Both the position numbers and the translations under genes were made by a program. Below, one piece after another: positions 55,716 through 64,000 of a stretch of 64,000 nucleotides of DNA (positions are counted from its first letter, which is position 1; every line of letters starts with the position of its first letter). The notes beneath the pieces were generated by a model. It ran no database searches and was not told the origin of the DNA. It saw only the letters and a list, made by a program, of their open reading frames with translations. The stretch comes from Octopus bimaculoides (Eukaryota). The stretch covers positions 18,797,302-18,861,301 of the forward strand of contig NC_068990.1 of NCBI RefSeq assembly GCF_001194135.2. The letters are read 5' to 3'.

Positions 55716-56261
55716 TATCAATGTGATTGCTCCTTTGTATGTACCTTTATTGTTGTTTCACAGAGCACTATATCGATATGTGTGTGTTTGTTTGTGTGTG
55801 TGTGTGTGTGTGTGTGCATGTGTGTGCCTGTGTGTTTGTGTATATGATTATGTGTGTATATGTGCGTGCTTGTTTTTTATATCGACTTGGCCGAACACGC
55901 ACTAGTTAGGCATGTCTAAGGATACGACATTCAAATGTTTTCTGAAGAATATCCGTACCTATAATTTATATTTTAATTAAAGTGTAATAAGACAACGCTT
56001 GCTATAAAAATCCATGCCTTAGTCGAGTACACATCATTCTTGCAATAACCTTTTTATAATAGACTCGCCTATACTAAGGAATAATATGAACGATTTCTGA
56101 TGGAAAAAGGACGTAAAAAATAATGAGGAAACAATAAGGGTCATATCGTGTAATCTGCCGAGGAAGTGAACAGAAAATTGAATTGATAAATGATAACTCT
56201 ATTTTGTTTCCTTAAACTCTCACACTCTCTCTGTGTCTTTCTCTTGCTCTACCTCCCTCCC

Positions 56262-56332
<71 letters not shown>

Positions 56333-56406
56333 ATCTATCTATCCATCTATCTATTAATATGAGCATCTATTTTGCTGTGTATGAAATCTTGCATTACATT
56401 TTTAAA

Positions 56407-56584
56407 TTATGTACATTATTTATATTATTTACATTTGACGAATATTTGTCCTGATCTTCTTTGTTGTTAACAAAACTTTTCGGCTGATATACCCTCCAGC
56501 TTTCATCAGATGTCTTGGGGAAATTTGCGACTTGGGTTCTCATTCCTAAGGTATTATTCAATGCTGTTGTTGTTGTTGTTGTTG

Positions 56585-56630
<46 letters not shown>

Positions 56631-56676
56631 CATTATTATTATTATTATTATTATTCAGGTCACTGCCTGAAATCGA
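56407..56676 (-). mobile_element. 5'-truncated tRNA-headed SINE-like element with (AAT)n centre and hammerhead-like tail
   Basis: Minus strand: TCGATTTCAGGCAGTGACCTG, (AAT)n(AAC)n, ...GACAT CTGATGA AAGCTG GAGGGTATAT CAGCC GAAAAGTTTTGTT..., ending in TGTAAATAAT-like repeats. It is the inverted counterpart of 56677-56955. Confidence 0.75.
56469..56514 (-). ncRNA. Degenerate minimal type I hammerhead ribozyme motif
   Basis: Intact CUGAUGA box, GCUG/CAGC stem II and GAAA. C15.2 is replaced by A and stem I has a mismatch. Confidence 0.55.
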
Positions 56677-56747
56677 GCCTAGTGGTTAAGAGTGCGGGAT
56701 ACTAACCCCAAGATTCCGAGTTCGATTCCTGAATAATAATAATGATG

Positions 56748-56799
<52 letters not shown>

Positions 56800-56955
56800 C
56801 AACAACATCGAAAAATATCTGAGGAATGAGAACCCAGGTTCGAACTTTCCCCACGACACCTGCTGAAAGCTGGAAGTTATATCAGCCGAAACGCTGTGTT
56901 AACAACAAACAAGATGAGGACAAATATCCGTCAAATGTAAATAATATGATAATGT
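56677..56955 (+). mobile_element. tRNA-headed SINE-like element with (AAT)n centre and hammerhead-like tail
   Basis: A-box-like GCCTAGTGGTTAAG (56677-56690), B box GAGTTCGATTCC (56718-56729), (AAT)n(AAC)n, then GACAC CTGCTGA AAGCTG GAAGTTATAT CAGCC GAAACGCT GTGTT (56855-56900). Confidence 0.78.
56855..56900 (+). ncRNA. Degenerate minimal type I hammerhead ribozyme motif
   Basis: Stem I GACAC/GUGUU, core CUGCUGA (A6 to C), stem II GCUG/CAGC, then GAAAC-GC-U in place of palindromic AACGUU. Confidence 0.55.
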
Positions 56956-57489
56956 ATTTATCTCTAATGTTTAACGAAAAACCTTATAATTTTAGTGAGA
57001 TTTTAGCTGCCATTTCTGGTATTTCTTGCAGCTACCTAGTCTCCGTAAGTGATTTGAATAATATTATATTATTGAATAATATATTATTTATAGTTTTCGA
57101 TATATTCGTTCTTAAATTTATGACAGGATGTGTTACATATTTAACGTAATCAAGACAGGAATCGCTATGATAATCATTCATTTTCTATGTGCATAACTAT
57201 CCATCATTTTCGTACAAGAATCAAACTGCACAAACTTCGGTGAGCGCCAGACTATTACGTTGCATTGTACTTTTAATTGAATACTAATTTGATTATAGTA
57301 CGTTGTAGCCAACAAAACCGTTTTTGCCTTTATAAACAAGGATTAGTATTATGGTTGCCTCCCTTGACTCAAGGCTGCAGGAAGCCTCTGTGGGACTTCG
57401 ACTCAGAACGTAAATAGCCGGAAATAATGCCAAACGCATTTTGTCCGACGTGCTCATGATTATGCCAGTTGGCCTCCTTTTCACAGCCA

Positions 57490-57920
57490 TAAATAAATGT
57501 CTATAAAATGGAAAACAAAATCTATATAAAAAGCACAGATCATTTTCTAGTTTCTATCTTAAGAAATGACATACATAGATCAGGAAGATGATCAAATATG
57601 CCCCATATCGACTGAATTGCATCTGGTATAATAAATAATATTATTTTCGGACGAGAATAGATGCAAAGCATCGGCATTGAATCCGGCTCTTGAAGAGAGA
57701 AAACAAATTCAGGAGGATCATCACATTATAACGCGTGCCTAATTGTGACGTTTTTCGTTACAAGATATGTAAAACATCTCAAAATAGCTTAAACAGCACA
57801 ATCATAAATAGATATCTATAAAACCGATAACAAACTGCAAATAAAATATAAATAACTAAAAGATACAATTCATCTTTGAGATTCTATCTTAAGAAATGAC
57901 ATAGATAAAGCAGGAAGCTT
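57490..57920. repeat. Old direct repeat, period about 330 bp
   Basis: Identical core TTCTATCTTAAGAAATGACATA at 57552-57573 and 57882-57903, each followed by CAGGAAG; weaker similarity upstream. Confidence 0.75.
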
Positions 57921-58466
57921 GTATCCAATTACACCAGAAACATTACATTCTCGTAGTAGGAAATAATGCTATGTATATTGGGTTAACAAAATGCTTTCGC
58001 ACATAGAGATAAGTAGTTTAAGAATATAACTGATGACTTCTTAAAGAAGAATTAGTGTATGGGAGGTTATATTTTCCCTCAACGAAACTAGATTAATACA
58101 GTAGCAAGTGGTTACTTGTTATTTGAAATGATCTTGCATTAGATTATATATATCACATCGTGGTAAAGGTTAGGAAAACTATGCACAAATGTAGCATCAT
58201 TAGCAAAAGGCTAAGAAGGAGGTGGAAATTTATGAATGAAACAATTAGATTATGTTACTGAGGTTATCATGGAAGAGACAAGACGTAAACCACAATTAGA
58301 CGGTTTGCGATAAAACGAAATATTTTTCGAAGACCAAAAGATCAACGAATAATGAGTTGTATGCTAGTTTATTTGCGTATATGTTTGTGAGTGTATAGAT
58401 TATTTGTTTGCATGCGTATATGTATGTGAAAAGTGATAGGTAGGTAGGTACGTAGGTACGGAGAGA

Positions 58467-58581
<115 letters not shown>

Positions 58582-59481
58582 GGAGGGAGGTAAAGTAGAA
58601 GTTATCTTTAAAAATATCTGTTAATTACTTTATCGTATATATGGAAAATCCATATCTGCATAAATGAAGCCAGATCTTTGCCAACATCTTGAGGTCTGTA
58701 TGTGGGCGCGCGCGCGTGTCTGTGTCTATGTGTGCGCATGAAGAAGGAATTTTATTAATACCAAAACAAAATGACAAAAAAAAAAACAAGAACATCAATG
58801 TATTATACTGCGAAATAAAGAAAGTGGTCAATTTGTCATTTGTTCATTTGTCAAAGCATACAAATGGAGACGATAAGAACAAACATACACCCCCCCCCAC
58901 ACATACATATATATATATACCTTATTATTAAAGCTGCAAAAACGTCATAAAAAAACTGCTACTCAGAGTTTCACGTTCCTGTTCGTCGGACAGTTTGGTT
59001 GAGAATTGAACAAAAAATTAATGTTATATTTATAAATATATGATTTACATTGACAGATACACATTTGAAATTGGTTTCGTTTCATTGGTCCTTTCAAATG
59101 ACGGTCTTTTTTTAAGAACCGGTGATATACATAAAATTAAAATTACGACTTAAAAATTATAAGAAAAATTGAAGAAAACCTTATATCAAAATTAACTTCA
59201 GTTAGAAGGCAACAACATGTATACTCAGAGTAAATCAATTAATGGTAAAATAAATTTAATTAAAATATACATTAAACATACAAACTTTGATGCATGCATG
59301 CATACTTATATACAAACACATACAAGCAAAATATTCTCAACCAAAACTGTCCGACGAACGGGAACCCAAAACTCTGTGTAATAGCTTTTTTTCAGATGTT
59401 TTTTGTAACTTTAATAATAAAGCATATTATTGTAGTGCCATTTTTCCACCTTGTTTAACATTTCTGTGCTTACTCTGGTCC

Positions 59482-59521
<40 letters not shown>

Positions 59522-59698
59522 NNNNNNNNNNNNNNNNNNNNNNNNNNNNNNNNNNNNNNNNNNNNNNNNNNNNNNNNNNNNNNNNNNNNNNNNNNNNNNN
59601 NNNNNNNNNNNNNNNNNNNNNNNNNNNNNNNNNNNNNNNNNNNNNNNNNNNNNNNNNNNNNNNNNNNNNNNNNNNNNNNNNNNNNNNTATATATATAC

Positions 59699-59747
<49 letters not shown>

Positions 59748-59851
59748 AAGAGAGAGAGAGAGAAGACCTCCCGTCGGGTGGCGGTCAACGGTCGTTAGCC
59801 ATGTGTGAATTGTTTCATTGCTTCTGTGTAACTGCGTGCAAGGGTTAAGAG

Positions 59852-59880
59852 ATGGCCAGCGAAAGACTGGGAATGTTTAA
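59852..59880 (+). CDS. Candidate alternative first coding exon MASERLGMF(K) (ends phase 2)
   Basis: GAG ATG G Kozak-like context, in-frame TAA 6 nt upstream, donor AA|GTAAGA at 59881. Lies downstream of a (GA)n tract and a CpG-rich patch. Phase matches the 60908 exon. Confidence 0.5.
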
Positions 59881-60326
59881 GTAAGAGTGGGTAAGTGGAT
59901 ATATTGGAAGTGATCCAGCACTTTTGAAAATGATATTGGAAAATATCTTTGTGTGAGTGAATGTGATACTGACAGCAAAAGATACATGCGAGAATTGACC
60001 TAATGATATACTAGGATCATGAAATATTCACACAATAGAAATTGAAATCGGTAGAAAGAAAGAACAATATTGTTCTAATGAATGCATTATGCATTTGCGT
60101 GTGTTGGCTATATGCGTCGAATAGAGAACTTTTGAAATGCAATGTCTGGTTTCATTTTTGCGTGTATGTATATATATATGTGTGCATTTTTGCTGACTTA
60201 GTACACTATCAATCAACGAGCAGTTACAAAATTATCAGTATCAGCAATAAATGTAAAGGATTCGAACAATTTTATAAGTAGTATTTTATCCAGTGAACGA
60301 AGTGCAAAGTAATATTCTTTTCAACT

Positions 60327-60715
60327 CTTGGCACAATGCCTAAAATTTTTGGGGAGCGGGGTAGTTGATTAGATCGGCCCCAGTACGCAGCTGGTACCTA
60401 ATGTATCGACCGCGAAAGGATGAAAGTCAAAGTCGACCTCGGCGGAATTTGAACTCAGAACGTAAAGGCAGACGAAATACCACTAATAAAAGAATGCTCG
60501 TTTCTACTCTAGGCACAAGGCTCGAAATTTTGGTGGGAGGGGGGCCAGTAAATTCGATCGACCTCAGTACGTAGTTGGTACTTAATTTATCGACCCCGAA
60601 GGGATGAAAGGCAAAGTTGACTTCTGCGGAATTCGAACTCAAAACGTAAAGACAGACGAAATACCACTAAGCATTTCGCCCGCCGTGCTAACGTTTCTAC
60701 CTGCTCGCTGCCTTA
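60327..60715 (-). mobile_element. Two tandem copies of the second tRNA SINE family
   Basis: Units starting TTGGCACAA (about 60327) and TAGGCACAA (about 60510) share ATCGACC...AAGGATGAAAG.CAAAGT.GAC...GCGGAATT.GAACTCA.AACGTAAAG.CAGACGAAATACCACTAA. Confidence 0.85.
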
Positions 60716-60907
60716 GAAGTGCAAAGCAATAATGTAAGGTTGCTGGCTGTAGACAGCGGCCAACGGTTCAAATATTGTGGCTGTATATGCGATCGATGAA
60801 GCCAACCGTTGTGGATGAGATATCTTGATGATGGTCAGATTTCTGTACAAAGTAGCTTGCTCTTTGATAGGCTAGTAGTCTCTAGTAAACTCTACGTTTA
60901 TTCACAG

Positions 60908-60926
60908 ACGTCTGTACAACTCACAG
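60908..60926 (+). CDS. 19-nt microexon encoding (K/R)RLYNSQ (phase 2 to 0)
   Basis: CTCTACGTTTATTCACAG|ACGTCTGTACAACTCACAG|GTAACA. It bridges both phase-2 upstream exons to the phase-0 exon at 61281. Confidence 0.45.
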
Positions 60927-61280
60927 GTAACACAATCTCCTCCCGCATTTACTGTTTCTCGCCTCACAAATCTCGCAGTAAAGGCTTCTTGCAGCCTTTG
61001 TTCTGTAGAAACTTAGCTCTACCACATTCCTTCAATGTAAACCGTTTTTTCGTTTCCTTTCTTGTTTTAGTTTCGACAGACCTGCAGAGGTCATGGGCAT
61101 TGCTCCGCCTGCTGTGACTGACACATTGAAAAATAAATCATTTCCTTTCAGGAAAATTCTGTTTAGATATAAATTGCAAAAGATAATCGCATTGTTATAT
61201 CACCGCAGATAGTATTACAGAAGAATGATAATATATGCAATAATAAAAATAAAGACAGATGTTTTTCTTCTTAAACACAG

Positions 61281-61322
61281 GTTGCAACATATAAATCAAT
61301 TAATGTTCTTCTAACTGAAAAT
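61281..61322 (+). CDS. 42-nt exon encoding VATYKSINVLLTEN (phase 0 to 0)
   Basis: GTTTTTCTTCTTAAACACAG acceptor and AAT|GTATGT donor. Only phase 0 is stop-free. Confidence 0.58.
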
Positions 61323-61444
61323 GTATGTCCCAATGCTTTCAAGGACGAAAGATAAGATTAACTGGCATTCTTCTGTTCTGGGAATGAGATAGAAAATGGA
61401 AAGAGACTGAGAGAGAGAGAGAAAGAGACAGAAAGAGAGAGGGT

Positions 61445-61494
<50 letters not shown>

Positions 61495-61497
61495 TAG

Positions 61498-61581
<84 letters not shown>

Positions 61582-61662
61582 TAAGAGGATGACAATGAAT
61601 GTCTCCCAACGACCTAATATAACTGTCGAAAGCTAGGAAACTTACAACACAAATCATTAACT

Positions 61663-61676
61663 AAGTAGTAGTAGTG

Positions 61677-61739
<63 letters not shown>

Positions 61740-61890
61740 ATAATAATAATAATAATAATAATAATTTAAGGCGAATAAATTCAATTTTATTCTTAGAATT
61801 ACGCGTCAGAAATATTTACTGCTAATAGTACTTCTACTTCTACTCTTACTGCTTCTACTGCTACTACTACTACTACTGCTGCTGCTTCTG

Positions 61891-61929
<39 letters not shown>

Positions 61930-61930
61930 A
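61663..61930. repeat. (TAG)n(TAA)n and (CTA)n-rich tracts in inverted orientation
   Basis: (TAG)n at about 61663-61738 is complementary to the (CTA/TAC)n tract at about 61828-61928. Confidence 0.9.
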
Positions 61931-62289
61931 TATTCCTGCTGTTGCTGTTGCTGCTGCTATGACGACGGACTTTATTATGTAGATTATCTGAAAATAGCAT
62001 AGAAAATAGGAAACTTTCATTAGAGGTTATAAAGAATGGATAATGGTGAACTTCAAAACCAGAAATTATGTAAAGGGGGTAAAACCCCATGTAGAACATA
62101 CTGATGGAGGTATTAAGTATTATATAATAGTACTCCCGTGCACATCCCCGCTAACACACTACTGCATATATATACATACACTACATGAGCATGCATATAT
62201 ACATACACTAACATGTGCATGTACATATACACGCATATACAGACACACACACACACGCACACACAAAGACACACACATATATGTACGTA

Positions 62290-62513
62290 TATATTCTTTT
62301 ACTTGTTTCAGTCCTTTTGACTGTGGTCATGCTGGAGCAGCGCATTTTGGTCGAAGAAATCGACCCCTGAACTTATTCTTTGTAAGTCTAGTGCTTATTC
62401 TATCGGTATCTTTTGGCGAACCGCTACGTTACGGGGACGTACACACACCAACATCGGTTGTGAAGCGATGGTGATCGGGAGGAGTGTGCGCAAACACAGA
62501 CACATGGACACAG

Positions 62514-62553
<40 letters not shown>

Positions 62554-62700
62554 GACGAGCTTGTTTCCGTTTCCGCCTACAAAATCCACTCACAAAGCCC
62601 TACGTTATAGCAGAAGACAGTCGTCCAAGGTGACACGCAGTGGGACTGAACCCGGAACCATTTGGTTGGGAAGCAGGATTCTAACCGCACAAACACGTCT
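62290..62700 (-). mobile_element. CORE-like tRNA SINE, near full length
   Basis: TTCTTTTACTTGTTTCAGTC...GGTCATGCTGGAGCA (3' end, reverse complement), (TA)n, AAAATCCACTCACAAAGCC...GTGGGACTGAACCCGGAACC (head, reverse complement). Confidence 0.85.
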
Positions 62701-64000
62701 GTGCATGTAATATATATATATTCTTTTATTCTTTTATTCTACATGAGAGCAGATATAGAAATAATGATGCAAATAAACAAATAAAACCGTTTTGGCTAAA
62801 TGTGCCTTTATCATAGTTTCGCCCACGCAGGGCAGTGTAGTGCTGAATAGCAATAGCAACTTGATAAAGTACGCAGAAGGTCTATGCATTCGTTGCTAGA
62901 ATGATCAAAGAACTCACTCACTAATCATTACGCACTGTTTAAAAAATAACTCATAAAGCATAATAAAAATATAAATTTTTATGAAAAGGCAAGTCTTTTT
63001 CGGAGCGCTTTTGATCTTATGTCTGCTCAAGAGGTCTGACATGAGAATAAACAAATATACAACAGCAATGGCAACAACAATAAAATAACTTTATTAAATC
63101 AGTCTTTGTCATTCACCGTCCGTGCTCCATCAATTGTGCGTGAATAATTGTAATATATTAGGTTGAATATCAATTAAAATTCTCGAATCGAATCCTTCAA
63201 TTAGCCTGATACCTTGTCTTATTTTTGCACACATCCTAACATAGATTGCTCACACTCATAAAGGAAAATGAAGGAATGAATCAAATAAAACAAACAGAAA
63301 GTCTTCTTGATTAGCAAATTCAATAATTCCTTCCGGCTGATTTACCAATTTATCGAATAAATATAAAAATAATTGAAACTCTGATATGGTATTTTTTTCT
63401 GTGACAACTATCGATTTCTACTTATTAAATCTTTTTCTCTTCTAAAACTGCGAAATCCTAAGAAAATTCTACTGTGTTCAATGCATTAATTTATCAATAA
63501 AATCTATAAATTATTTGTACCTTCAAGGAAGAATATGTATATAACCTAACAGGCCTTCATTAAAATCATTTATTTCAATGCTAAAAATTCTTATAAAGAC
63601 CGATCAATATTTCCTCAAGAACAGGACGGTGAATTGATAAATATTGCAGAGACAAATTGAATAGTTTCTCCATTTAAACCGTTCACAAGGCAAATATTCC
63701 AAGTTTTTCTTCTGCCGTTCATTCGAATAAAATCAATGTAAAAGTATAGGGAAAGGGCGGATGTTTACTTAATATAACAACTGCCAAACAATAATAATAA
63801 TTCTTTCTAATTATGGCATAAGACCAGCAGTTTGGTGGAAGGTGTGTTATTCGATACATCGACTCCAGTACTTAATAAATAGTACATATTTTTTACAACC
63901 ATCTAAAGATTCTACCAACTTAACACCGGCCACAATGATTCTTTATTGAAAACAAAGTACCTAAGAACAGAATGAAATATAATAAATTATTAGAGAATTG

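Noticed and set aside
58025-58055. CTGATGA followed by a CTTC/GAAG stem
   Set aside because: Lacks the GAAA box and stems I and III, so it is not a hammerhead.
60930-61125. Minus-strand TCAGTC plus short ORF MPMTSAGLSKLKQERKRKNGLH* and a GTGAGT donor near 60925
   Set aside because: The donor is the reverse complement of the + strand exon end, and there is no independent support. It remains an alternative reading that lowers confidence in the 19-nt exon.

Overview
This is AT-rich, microsatellite-saturated animal genomic DNA with 12 assembly gaps (N runs), almost all next to simple repeats. The repeat families resemble octopus/coleoid cephalopod tRNA-derived SINEs, so an Octopus genome is likely; this is an inference from repeat recognition, not a database result. 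Nearly all supplied ORFs are artefacts of microsatellites or N runs, and no long protein-coding ORF is present. Reading splice signals by eye suggests the 5' part of a + strand gene built from very small exons. It has an ATG-only first exon (ending 27841), microexons of 24, 35 and 24 nt at 46.1-47.1 kb, an alternative first coding exon at 59852-59880, and 19-nt and 42-nt exons at 60.9-61.3 kb. The splice phases chain into two open N-termini, MTVADDISDKRKRKRKHSIINILRSNQPRRLYNSQVATYKSINVLLTEN and MASERLGMFKRLYNSQVATYKSINVLLTEN; I cannot name the gene. Mobile DNA includes many SINEs, a Tigger/pogo-type MITE, a Penelope-like GIY-YIG remnant and a possible solo LTR nested in a SINE. There is also a head-to-head pair of tRNA-headed SINE-like elements whose tails carry degenerate Penelope-type minimal hammerhead ribozyme motifs, and a 144-bp near-perfect hairpin.
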